64,000 nucleotides of DNA. Origin: Eledone cirrhosa. Lineage: Eukaryota. The position numbers were made by a program, and so were the translations under genes. The DNA is taken from contig OZ024743.1 in the NCBI GenBank assembly GCA_964016885.1, positions 297,910,001 through 297,974,000 on the forward strand. Direction: 5' to 3'. The notes under the pieces are model-generated. The model saw only the letters and a list, made by a program, of their open reading frames with translations. It searched no databases and was not told the origin of the DNA. This document shows positions 1 through 11,771 of this stretch, in pieces (position 1 is the stretch's first letter; every line of letters begins with the position of its first letter).

Positions 1-302
1 GATTTGTATGATTGTTTGTAGTGTATGCATGAATCTCTATCTCGTCTACGATATATGGTGAATGATAACATGTAGAAATAACAGCAGGATATATGTGAAT
101 GTTATTTGATTTAGATAGCAGTATTTATAGCAGAACTTGAAATATCAGTTATATATATAAAGTAAACTCTCTATAGAATGTATATTGTTTAGATAATTGC
201 CAAAATATATATACATAAATATCTAATATCCAAAATATGTAATGAAAAGAAAAATGATTTTTTAAAGAATTATTATTCATCTACTTCAAAATATCGGTGT
301 TT

Positions 303-375
303 CGAGATTGTCAGGAAACGAATCTGGAATCTCCTGATCCGTAGTCAGGCGCCTTATCCATTGCACCAGAAGCAC
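303..375 (-). pseudogene. tRNA-Arg(ACG) pseudogene, unit 1
   Basis: The reverse complement GTGCTTCTGGTGCAATGGATAAGGCGCCTGACTACGGATCAGGAGATTCCAGATTCGTTTCCTGACAATCTCG aligns with metazoan tRNA-Arg-ACG. The anticodon arm is intact, the acceptor stem has 3 mismatches, and the B-box GTTCGA is changed to ATTCGT. Confidence 0.88.
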
Positions 376-828
376 AGGTTACAAACTGACTGTCAATTTA
401 AATTACTCTAGGTATGTTTTAGACAATACAATCGTTGAATGTCACTCTAATTCTTCCGTGTCGATGAGAAACTTTTGTCCACAAGATTAGCTAACATTTG
501 GATAATGAATTCAATTTCACTGGAAATCAGGTAAATTATAATTGCATAGAAGGGTGTTACCATTCAATTTTCGTGAGTCTGGAATTTTAATTCCAATACG
601 TTCTCCCTTAAAACCAGTCTTAGGTTTCTTAAATATAACCAATCTTAGTGATTATTTCCTCCTTAATTTAAAATAGTTGGTAAATATTGTTTCTCCCATA
701 CTATCATAGATGGAGAATGCTGAAATTCTTCTATCACCAAATTATCAACTTTCAAGCGATTATATTCATAAAAGTTTATCTCAAATTACAGTTCTATATG
801 TGAAGAATTCCACTTTCGTTTCCAACTT

Positions 829-910
829 GACGAGGTGGCCGAGTGGTTAAGGCGATGGACTGCTAATCCATTGGGATTTTCCCGCGTGAGTTCGAATCTC
901 ATCTTCGTCG
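829..910 (+). tRNA. tRNA-Ser(GCT), unit 1
   Basis: 82 nt, GACGAGG...CTTCGTCG. Acceptor, anticodon (ATGGA-CTGCTAA-TCCAT), variable and T arms pair. A and B boxes are intact and a TTTTT Pol III terminator lies 3 nt downstream. Confidence 0.97.
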
Positions 911-2387
911 ACGTTTTTGCCATGATATTTAAGTTTAGTCAAGTATCTCTTATTTAATCTTCAATTCATTACACGCTTATTTCTTTTATTCATCATTATT
1001 TTTCCTTTAAAAGGGCAATAATTTATCTGTATATATATTTTTCGTTCTGCGTGTTTTCCAATTTCTCCCAAACTAAGCGCTTGTTTTCTCTCGTCAATGA
1101 CTACATCTAATTATTCTGAACACATGTACGTAATAGATTCTTTAAGAAATATATTCAAAGATATTTTCACAGCTTGTTAGACATGATCTCACAAATATGA
1201 AGAAACAATAACGAAACTACAAGATTGAAGCTCTTTCTTGCTATGTTAAAAGTAAAATAGACAATTTGATTATCAAGAAACTGAACTGGAAAGTAGAGCA
1301 ATACAGGAGTTCGAAAAGTGAAAATCAGAACATTTCAATCCGTTATTAGTCACATTCAGCGTTTAGCCAAATGTTCTCTTAATTTGATTTCAACACTATT
1401 TACACACTATCTTACACACTACCTTACTATATCAGATTATCTCCTTCTTTAGTGATGTCCTCGTTTATTTACTAAAGTGAGAAATGCTAAACTAATTTGT
1501 CCAATCTAAATTTACAGATATATATATTGTGACGTCATAGGAAAGCATTTGAGTAGAGAGGTTTTACGAACGTAACATTCATTCTGAAAATGTTACCATT
1601 TATCAACACAAGTTAATTTTGTTAATGGTAGTTTTACTGTAATACAATTGATGCCTGGAATAATATACTCACCATATTTTAAAGACGGCTCGGTTTGAAA
1701 TATTTCTATTATCACGTCTTTTACGTGCATCTAAGGGAAATTCTGCCATTATGATTCCATCTAATTTTGGAAAATTTGCTCTTAAATTCGTTGGCTATTC
1801 AAATGAGTCTTTCTATAAGAACGCTGAAAATTTAGAAACGGGACAAGGTGGGCTAATAATTGTAGTTATATTTTATCGTTTATTAGGATGTTACGACATG
1901 AAAGCGACCCGTTTTACTTCGAAAATTACAATAACGTTGCATTTTCAATTCTATTTATTTGATTTTAATCGAACTATCATTGTTTAATATTACAATTGGT
2001 CGATAGATCACAGTAGATTTCAATTAACTTGTTTAGTTTTACGATAAATTTCTATTAGAATTGCAATAATAAGATTGTTTATTGTGATTTGTATGATTGT
2101 TTGTAGTGTATGCATGAATCTCTATCTCGTCTACGATATATGGTGAATGATAACATGTAGAAATAACAGCAGGATATATGTGAATGTTATTTGATTTAGA
2201 TAGCAGTATTTATAGCAGAACTTGAAATATCAGTTATATATATAAAGTAAACTCTCTATAGAATGTATATTGTTTAGATAATTGCCAAAATATATATACA
2301 TAAATATCTAATATCCAAAATATGTAATGAAAAGAAAAATGATTTTTTAAAGAATTATTATTCATCTACTTCAAAATATCGGTGTTT

Positions 2388-2460
2388 CGAGATTGTCAGG
2401 AAACGAATCTGGAATCTCCTGATCCGTAGTCAGGCGCCTTATCCATTGCACCAGAAGCAC
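2388..2460 (-). pseudogene. tRNA-Arg(ACG) pseudogene, unit 2
   Basis: Identical to the unit 1 copy. Confidence 0.88.
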
Positions 2461-2913
2461 AGGTTACAAACTGACTGTCAATTTAAATTACTCTAGGTAT
2501 GTTTTAGACAATACAATCGTTGAATGTCACTCTAATTCTTCCGTGTCGATGACAAACTTTTGTCCACAAGATTAGCTAACATTTGGATAATGAATTCAAT
2601 TTCACTGGAAATCAGGTAAATTATAATTGCATAGAAGGGTGTTACCATTCAATTTTCGTGAGTCTGGAATTTTAATTCCAATACGTTCTCCCTTAAAACC
2701 AGTCTTAGGTTTCTTAAATATAACCAATCTTAGTGATTATTTCCTCCTTAATTTAAAATAGTTGGTAAATATTGTTTCTCCCATACTATCATAGATGGAG
2801 AATGCTGAAATTCTTCTATCACCAAATTATCAACTTTCAAGCGATTATATTCATAAACGTTTATCTCAAATTACAGTTCTATATGTGAAGAATTCCACTT
2901 TCGTTTCCAACTT

Positions 2914-2995
2914 GACGAGGTGGCCGAGTGGTTAAGGCGATGGACTGCTAATCCATTGGGATTTTCCCGCGTGAGTTCGAATCTCATCTTCGTCG
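2914..2995 (+). tRNA. tRNA-Ser(GCT), unit 2
   Basis: Identical to the unit 1 copy. Confidence 0.97.
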
Positions 2996-4472
2996 ACGTT
3001 TTTGCCATGATATTTAAGTTTAGTCAAGTATCTCTTATTTAATCTTCAATTCATTACACGCTTATTTCTTTTATTCATCATTATTTTTCCTTTAAAAGGG
3101 CAATAATTTATCTGTATATATATTTTTCGTTCTGCGTGTTTTCCAATTTCTCCCAAACTAAGCGCTTGTTTTCTCTCGTCAATGACTACATCTAATTATT
3201 CTGAACACATGTACGTAATAGATTCTTTAAGAAATATATTCAAAGATATTTTCACAGCTTGTTAGACATGATCTCACAAATATGAAGAAACAATAACGAA
3301 ACTACAAGATTGAAGCTCTTTCTTGCTATGTTAAAAGTAAAATAGACAATTTGATTATCAAGAAACTGAACTGGAAAGTAGAGCAATACAGGAGTTCGAA
3401 AAGTGAAAATCAGAACATTTCAATCCGTTATTAGTCACATTCAGCGTTTAGCCAAATGTTCTCTTAATTTGATTTCAACACTATTTACACACTATCTTAC
3501 ACACTACCTTACTATATCAGATTATCTCCTTCTTTAGTGATGTCCTCGTTTATTTACTAAAGTGAGAAATACTAAACTAATTTGTCCAATCTAAATTTAC
3601 AGATATATATATTGTGACGTCATAGGAAAGCATTTGAGTAGAGAGGTTTTACGAACGTAACATTCATTCTGAAAATGTTACCATTTATCAACACAAGTTA
3701 ATTTTGTTAATGGTAGTTTTACTGTAATACAATTGATGCCTGGAATAATATACTCACCATATTTTAAAGACGGCTCGGTTTGAAATATTTCTATTATCAC
3801 GTCTTTTACGTGCATCTAAGGGAAATTCTGCCATTATGATTCCATCTAATTTTGGAAAATTTGCTCTTAAATTCGTTGGCTATTCAAATGAGTCTTTCTA
3901 TAAGAACGCTGAAAATTTAGAAACGGGACAAGGTGGGCTAATAATTGTAGTTATATTTTATCGTTTATTAGGATGTTACGACATGAAAGCGACCCGTTTT
4001 ACTTCGAAAATTACAATAACGTTGCATTTTCAATTCTATTTATTTGATTTTAATCGAACTATCATTGTTTAATATTACAATTGGTCGATAGATCACAGTA
4101 GATTTCAATTAACTTGTTTAGTTTTACGATAAATTTCTATTAGAATTGCAATAATAAGATTGTTTATTGTGATTTGTATGATTGTTTGTAGTGTATGCAT
4201 GAATCTCTATCTCGTCTACGATATATGGTGAATGATAACATGTAGAAATAACAGCAGGATATATGTGAATGTTATTTGATTTAGATAGCAGTATTTATAG
4301 CAGAACTTGAAATATCAGTTATATATATAAAGTAAACTCTCTATAGAATGTATATTGTTTAGATAATTGCCAAAATATATATACATAAATATCTAATATC
4401 CAAAATATGTAATGAAAAGAAAAATGATTTTTTAAAGAATTATTATTCATCTACTTCAAAATATCGGTGTTT

Positions 4473-4545
4473 CGAGATTGTCAGGAAACGAATCTGGAAT
4501 CTCCTGATCCGTAGTCAGGCGCCTTATCCATTGCACCAGAAGCAC
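4473..4545 (-). pseudogene. tRNA-Arg(ACG) pseudogene, unit 3
   Basis: Identical to the unit 1 copy. Confidence 0.88.
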
Positions 4546-4998
4546 AGGTTACAAACTGACTGTCAATTTAAATTACTCTAGGTATGTTTTAGACAATACA
4601 ATCGTTGAATGTCACTCTAATTCTTCCGTGTCGATGACAAACTTTTGTCCACAAGATTAGCTAACATTTGGATAATGAATTCAATTTCACTGGAAATCAG
4701 GTAAATTATAATTGCATAGAAGGGTGTTACCATTCAATTTTCGTGAGTCTGGAATTTTAATTCCAATACGTTCTCCCTTAAAACCAGTCTTAGGTTTCTT
4801 AAATATAACCAATCTTAGTGATTATTTCCTCCTTAATTTAAAATAGTTGGTAAATATTGTTTCTCCCATACTATCATAGATGGAGAATGCTGAAATTCTT
4901 CTATCACCAAATTATCAACTTTCAAGCGATTATATTCATAAACGTTTATCTCAAATTACAGTTCTATATGTGAAGAATTCCACTTTCGTTTCCAACTT

Positions 4999-5080
4999 GA
5001 CGAGGTGGCCGAGTGGTTAAGGCGATGGACTGCTAATCCATTGGGATTTTCCCGCGTGAGTTCGAATCTCATCTTCGTCG
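4999..5080 (+). tRNA. tRNA-Ser(GCT), unit 3
   Basis: Identical to the unit 1 copy. Confidence 0.97.
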
Positions 5081-6557
5081 ACGTTTTTGCCATGATATTT
5101 AAGTTTAGTCAAGTATCTCTTATTTAATCTTCAATTCATTACACGCTTATTTCTTTTATTCATCATTATTTTTCCTTTAAAAGGGCAATAATTTATCTGT
5201 ATATATATTTTTCGTTCTGCGTGTTTTCCAATTTCTCCCAAACTAAGCGCTTGTTTTCTCTCGTCAATGACTACATCTAATTATTCTGAACACATGTACG
5301 TAATAGATTCTTTAAGAAATATATTCAAAGATATTTTCACAGCTTGTTAGACATGATCTCACAAATATGAAGAAACAATAACGAAACTACAAGATTGAAG
5401 CTCTTTCTTGCTATGTTAAAAGTAAAATAGACAATTTGATTATCAAGAAACTGAACTGGAAAGTAGAGCAATACAGGAGTTCGAAAAGTGAAAATCAGAA
5501 CATTTCAATCCGTTATTAGTCACATTCAGCGTTTAGCCAAATGTTCTCTTAATTTGATTTCAACACTATTTACACACTATCTTACACACTACCTTACTAT
5601 ATCAGATTATCTCCTTCTTTAGTGATGTCCTCGTTTATTTACTAAAGTGAGAAATACTAAACTAATTTGTCCAATCTAAATTTACAGATATATATATTGT
5701 GACGTCATAGGAAAGCATTTGAGTAGAGAGGTTTTACGAACGTAACATTCATTCTGAAAATGTTACCATTTATCAACACAAGTTAATTTTGTTAATGGTA
5801 GTTTTACTGTAATACAATTGATGCCTGGAATAATATACTCACCATATTTTAAAGACGGCTCGGTTTGAAATATTTCTATTATCACGTCTTTTACGTGCAT
5901 CTAAGGGAAATTCTGCCATTATGATTCCATCTAATTTTGGAAAATTTGCTCTTAAATTCGTTGGCTATTCAAATGAGTCTTTCTATAAGAACGCTGAAAA
6001 TTTAGAAACGGGACAAGGTGGGCTAATAATTGTAGTTATATTTTATCGTTTATTAGGATGTTACGACATGAAAGCGACCCGTTTTACTTCGAAAATTACA
6101 ATAACGTTGCATTTTCAATTCTATTTATTTGATTTTAATCGAACTATCATTGTTTAATATTACAATTGGTCGATAGATCACAGTAGATTTCAATTAACTT
6201 GTTTAGTTTTACGATAAATTTCTATTAGAATTGCAATAATAAGATTGTTTATTGTGATTTGTATGATTGTTTGTAGTGTATGCATGAATCTCTATCTCGT
6301 CTACGATATATGGTGAATGATAACATGTAGAAATAACAGCAGGATATATGTGAATGTTATTTGATTTAGATAGCAGTATTTATAGCAGAACTTGAAATAT
6401 CAGTTATATATATAAAGTAAACTCTCTATAGAATGTATATTGTTTAGATAATTGCCAAAATATATATACATAAATATCTAATATCCAAAATATGTAATGA
6501 AAAGAAAAATGATTTTTTAAAGAATTATTATTCATCTACTTCAAAATATCGGTGTTT

Positions 6558-6630
6558 CGAGATTGTCAGGAAACGAATCTGGAATCTCCTGATCCGTAGT
6601 CAGGCGCCTTATCCATTGCACCAGAAGCAC
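6558..6630 (-). pseudogene. tRNA-Arg(ACG) pseudogene, unit 4
   Basis: Identical to the unit 1 copy. Confidence 0.88.
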
Positions 6631-7082
6631 AGGTTACAAACTGACTGTCAATTTAAATTACTCTAGGTATGTTTTAGACAATACAATCGTTGAATGTCAC
6701 TCTAATTCTTCCGTGTCGATGACAAACTTTTGTCCACAAGATTAGCTACCATTTGGATAATGAATTCAATTTCACTGGAAATCAGGTAAATTATAATTGC
6801 ATAAAAGGGTGTTACCATTCAATTTTCGTGAGTCTGGAATTTTAATTCCAATACGTTCTCCCTTAAAACCAGTCTTAGGTTTCCTAAACATAACCAATCT
6901 TAGTGATTATTTCCTCCTTAATTTAAAATAGTTGGTAAATATTGTTTCTCCCATACTATCATAGATGGAGAATGCTGAAATTCTTCTATCACCAAATTAT
7001 CAACTTTCAAGCGATTATATTCATAAACGTTTATCTCAAATTACAGTTCTATATGTGAAGAATTCCACTTTCGCTTCCAACA

Positions 7083-7164
7083 TACGAGGTGGCCGAGTGG
7101 TTAAGGCGATGGACTGCTAATCCATTGGGATTTTCCCGCGTGAGTTCGAATCTCATCTTCGTCG
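7083..7164 (+). tRNA. tRNA-Ser(GCT), unit 4, with G1 lost (starts TACGAGG)
   Basis: Same body as unit 1, but the first acceptor pair is disrupted. Confidence 0.85.
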
Positions 7165-8641
7165 ACGTTTTTGCCATGATATTTAAGTTTAGTCAAGTAT
7201 CTCTTATTTAATCTTCAATTCATTACACGCTTATTTCTTTTATTCATCATTATTTTTCCTTTAAAAGGGCAATAATTTATCTGTAAATATATTTTTCGTT
7301 CTGCGTGTTTTCCAATTTCTCCCAAACTAAGCGCTTGTTTTCTCTCGTCAATGACTACATCTAATTATTCTGAACACATGTACGTAATAGATTCTTTAAG
7401 AAATATATTCAAAGATATTTTCACAGCTTGTTAGACATGATCTCACAAATATGAAGAAACAATAACGAAACTACAAGATTGAAGCTCTTTCTTGCTATGT
7501 TAAAAGTAAAATAGACAATTTGATTATCAAGAAACTGAACTGGAAAGTAGAGCAATACAGGAGTTCGAAAAGTGAAAATCAGAACATTTCAATCCGTTAT
7601 TAGTCACATTCAGCGTTTAGCCAAATGTTCTCTTAATTTGATTTCAACACTATTTACACACTATCTTACACACTACCTTACTATATCAGATTATCTCCTT
7701 CTTTAGTGATGTCCTCGTTTATTGACTAAATTGAGAAATGCTAAACTAATTCGTCCAATCTAAATTTACAGATATATATATTGTGACGTCATAGGAAAGC
7801 ATTTGAGTAGAGAGGTTTTACGAACGTAACATTCATTCTGAAAATGTTACCATTTATCAACACAAGTTAATTTTGTTAATGGTAGTTTTACTGTAATACA
7901 ATTGATGCCTGGAATAATATACTCACCATATTTTAAAGACGGCTCGGTTTGAAATATTTCTATTATCACGTCTTTTACGTGCATCTAAGGGAAATTCTGC
8001 CATTATGATTCCATCTAATTTTGGAAAATTTGCTCTTAAATTCGTTGGTGATTCAAATGAGTCTTTCTATAAGAACGCTGAAAATTTAGAAACGGGACAA
8101 GGTGGGCTAATAATTGTAGTTATATTTTATCGTTTATTAGGATGTTACGACATGAAAGCGACCCGTTTTACTTCAAAAATTACAATAACGTTGCATTTTC
8201 AATTCTATTTATTTGATTTTAATCGAACTATCATTGTTTAATATTACAATTGGTCGATAGATCACAGTAGATTTCAATTAACTTGTTTAGTTTTACGATA
8301 AATTTCTATTAGAATTGCAATAATAAGATTGTTTATTGTGATTTGTATGATTGTTTGTAGTGTATGCATGAATCTCTATCTCGTCTACGATATATGGTGA
8401 ATGATAACATGTAGAAATAACAGCAGGATATATGTGAATGTTATTTGATTTAGATAGCAGTATTTATAGCAGAACTTGAAATATCAGTTATATATATAAA
8501 GTAAACTCTCTCTAGAATGTATATTGTTTAGATAATTGCCAAAATATATATACATAAATATCTAATATCCAAAATATGTAATGAAAAGAAAAATGATTTT
8601 TTAAAGAATTATTATTCATCTACTTCAAAATATCGGTGTTT

Positions 8642-8714
8642 CGAGCTTGTCAGGAAACGAATCTGGAATCTCTTGATCCGTAGTCAGGCGCGTTATCCAT
8701 TGCACCAGAAGCAC
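8642..8714 (-). pseudogene. tRNA-Arg(ACG) pseudogene, unit 5
   Basis: Variant copy that retains canonical AACGCG in the D arm and GCTCG at the 3' end. Confidence 0.85.
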
Positions 8715-9168
8715 AGGTTACTAACTGACTGTCAATTTAAATTACTGTAGGTATGTTTTAGACAATACAATCGTTGAATGTCACTCTAATTCTTCCGTGT
8801 CGATGACAAACTTTTGTCCCCAAGATTAGCTAACATTTGGATAATGAATTCAATTCCACTGGAAATCAGATAAATTATAATTGCATAGAAGGGGTGCTAC
8901 CATTCAATTTTCGTGAGTCTAAAATTTTAATTCCAATCCGTTCTCCCTCAAAACCAGTCTTAGGTTTCTTAAACATAACCAATCTTAGTGATTATTTCCT
9001 CCTTAATTTAAAATAGTTGGTAAACATTGTTTCTCCCATACTATCATTGATGGAGAATGCTGAAATTCTTCTATGACCAAATTATCAACTTTCAAGCGAT
9101 TATATTCATAAACGTTTATCTCAAATTACAGTTCTATATGTGAAGAACTCCACTTTCGTTTCTAACTT

Positions 9169-9250
9169 GACGAGGTGGCCGAGTGGTTAAGGTGATGGAC
9201 TGCTAATCCATTGGGATTTTCCCGCGTGGGTTCGAATCTCATCTTCTTCG
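9169..9250 (+). tRNA. tRNA-Ser(GCT), unit 5, with substitutions (possibly impaired)
   Basis: AAGGTG for AAGGCG, GTGGG for GTGAG, and CTTCTTC, which breaks the C3-G70 pair. Confidence 0.8.
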
Positions 9251-10690
9251 ACGTTTTTGCCATTATATTTAAGTTTAGTCAAGTATCTCTTATTTAATCT
9301 TCAATTCATTACACGCTTATTTCTTTTATTCATCATTATTTATCCTTTAAAAGGGCAATAATTTATCTGTAAATATATTTTTCGTTCTGCGTGTTTTCCA
9401 ATTTCTCCCAAACTAAGTGCTTGTTTTCTCTTGTCAATGACTACATCTAATTTTTCTGAACTCATGTACGCAATAGATTCTTTAAAAAATATATTCAAAG
9501 ATATTTTCACAGCTTGTTAGACATGATCTTATAAATATGAAGAAACAATAACGAAACTACAAGATTGAAGCTCTTTCTTGCTATGTTAAAATTAAAATAG
9601 ACAATTTGATTATCAAGAATCTGAACTGGAAAGTAGAGCAATACAGGAGTTCGAAAAGTGAAAATCGGATCATTTCCATCCGTTATTAGTCACATACAGC
9701 GTTTTGCCAAACGTCCTCTTAATTTGATTTCAACACTATTTACACACTATCTTACACAATACCTTACTATATCAGATTATCTCCTTCTTTAGTGATGTCC
9801 TCGTTTATTGACTAAAGTGAGAAATGCTAAACTAATTCGTTCAATCTAAATTTACAGATATATATATTGTGACGTCATAGGAAAGCATTTGAGTAGAGAG
9901 GTTTTACGATCGTAACGTTCATTCTGAAAATGTTACCTTTTATTAACACAAGTTAATTTTGTTAATGGTAGTTTTACTGTAATACAATTGATGCCTGGAA
10001 TAATATACTCACCATATTTTAAAGACGGCTCGGTTTGAAATATTTCTATTATCACGTTTTTTACGTGCATCTAAGTGAAATTCTGACATCATGATTCCAT
10101 CTAATTTTGGAAAATTCGTTCTTAAATTCGTCTTTCTATAAGAACGCTGAAAATTTAAAAACGGGACAAGGTGGGCTAAAAATTGTAGTTATATTTTATC
10201 GTTTATTGGGATGTTTCGACATAATAGCGACCCATTTTTCTTCGAAAGTTACAATAACATTGCAATTTTAATTGTATTTATTTGATTTTAATCGAACTAT
10301 CATTGTTTGATATTACAATTGGTCGATAGCTCACAGTAGATTTCAATTAACTTGTTTAGTTTTACTATAAATTTCTATTAGAATTGCGATAATAAGATTG
10401 TTTATTGTGATTTGTATGATTGTTTGTAGTGTATGTAGGAATCTCTATCTCGTCTACGATATATGGTGAATGATAACATGTAGAAATAACAGTAGGAAAT
10501 ACGTGAATGTTATTTGATTTAGATAGCAGAACTTGAAGTATCAGTTATATATATAATGTAAACTCTCTATAGTAAACTCTATGTGTATATTATTTAGATA
10601 ATTGCCATAATATATATACATAAATATATAATGAAAAGAAAATTGATTATAAAATAAGTTTTATACATCTACTTCAAAATATCGTTGTTT

Positions 10691-10763
10691 CGACATTGCC
10701 ACCATTCGAACTTGGAATCTCCTGCTCCATAGTCAGGCGCGTTATCCATTGTGCCAAAAGCCC
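10691..10763 (-). pseudogene. Diverged tRNA-Arg pseudogene, unit 6 (anticodon mutated)
   Basis: Reverse complement GGGCTTTTGGCACAATGGATAACGCGCCTGACTATGGAGCAGG... at the homologous position in the unit. Confidence 0.8.
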
Positions 10764-10933
10764 AGGTTACAACGTGATTGTTAATTTATATTACTATATG
10801 TATGTTTTAGACAATACAATCGTTGAATGTCACTCTAATTCTTCTGTGTCGATGACCAACTTTTGCCCACAAGATTAGCTAACATTTTCGTAATTAATTC
10901 AATTTCACTGGAAATCAGGTAAATTATAATTGC

Positions 10934-11355
10934 TATAAACAATCAGATAAATTTTTTCAGAGCTGCTGTGAAATATCTGCTTGTTTATGACTCTATCACT
11001 TGGACGCTAACTTCGAAACTGGAGAAAAGCTAGACGGGCATGCTCCGTGCTGCTTTAAACGTGTCTTGGAGGGAACACCCAACAAATAAGGATCTCTATG
11101 GCAATATACCACCTATCAGCAGGTCAATACGTATAAAGAGACTCAAATTTGCTGGCCACTGTTTGCTCAGCAAGGAAGAAATAGCAGGCGATGTGTTGTT
11201 ATGGAGTCCATCTCATGGAGCAAGAAACGCTGGTCGTCCCAAGAAGACATACGTCAAGCAACTGCGGAAGAACTGGCAAACGCTATGAGAGACAGAGATT
11301 GATGGAGGAAACGTGTCGTAGAAAGCCGAGCAAGTTCGACCTGATGATTATGATG
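10934..11355 (+). mobile_element. 5'-truncated RTE/RTEX-type LINE 3' fragment inserted in array unit 6
   Basis: ORF 11040-11288 (MLRAALNVSW...RLKFAGHC...GRPKKTY) is a typical RT C-terminus. It has a (TGA)n tail and an 8-bp TSD ATAATTGC at 10926-10933 and 11356-11363. Confidence 0.9.
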
Positions 11356-11664
11356 ATAATTGCATAGAAGTGGTGTTAACATTCGATTTTTGTGTGTTTG
11401 AAATTTTAATTCCAATCTGTCTTCCGTTATAACCAGTCTTAGGTTTCTTAAACATAACCATAAATATCTTAAAACAATCTTACTGATTATTTCCTTTCAT
11501 ACTTTAATATAGTTAGTAAACTTTGTTTATCCCATACTATCATAGATGGAGAATGCTGAAATTCTTCTATCACCAAATTATCAACTTTCAAACGATTATA
11601 TTCATAAACGTTTATCTCAAATTACAGTTCTCTTTGTGAAGAGCTCCGCTTCTGTTTTCAATTT

Positions 11665-11708
11665 GACGAGGTGGCCGAGTGGTTAAGGCGATGGACCGCT
11701 AATCCATT
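11665..11708 (+). pseudogene. tRNA-Ser 5' half, truncated after the anticodon stem
   Basis: GACGAGGTGGCCGAGTGGTTAAGGCGATGGACCGCTAATCCATT followed by unrelated sequence. Confidence 0.88.
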
Positions 11709-11771
11709 TTTGGGAAATTGCTATCGGTGTATATGCAACATAATATAAAAGACAGTAAATACCGGTGTGTG

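Larger units (their letters stand above)
1..10933. repeat. Tandem array, ~2085-bp unit (units start at 1, 2086, 4171, 6256, 8340, 10409); continues beyond the left edge of the window
   Basis: GATTTGTATGATTGTTTGTAG recurs at these positions. Units 1-3 differ by only a few substitutions, and divergence rises in units 4-6. Confidence 0.98.

Noticed and set aside
1280-1320. GTAGAGCA...GTTCGAA as a third tRNA in the unit
   Set aside because: Spacing is too short and no cloverleaf can be formed
1751-1987. 78-aa ORF repeated in four array units
   Set aside because: Its recurrence simply follows the DNA repeat. It is AT-rich, has no recognisable motif, and is disrupted in unit 5.
1-10933. CRISPR-like or rDNA interpretation of the array
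   Set aside because: Whole 2-kb units are identical with no unique spacers, and no rRNA or cas sequence is recognisable
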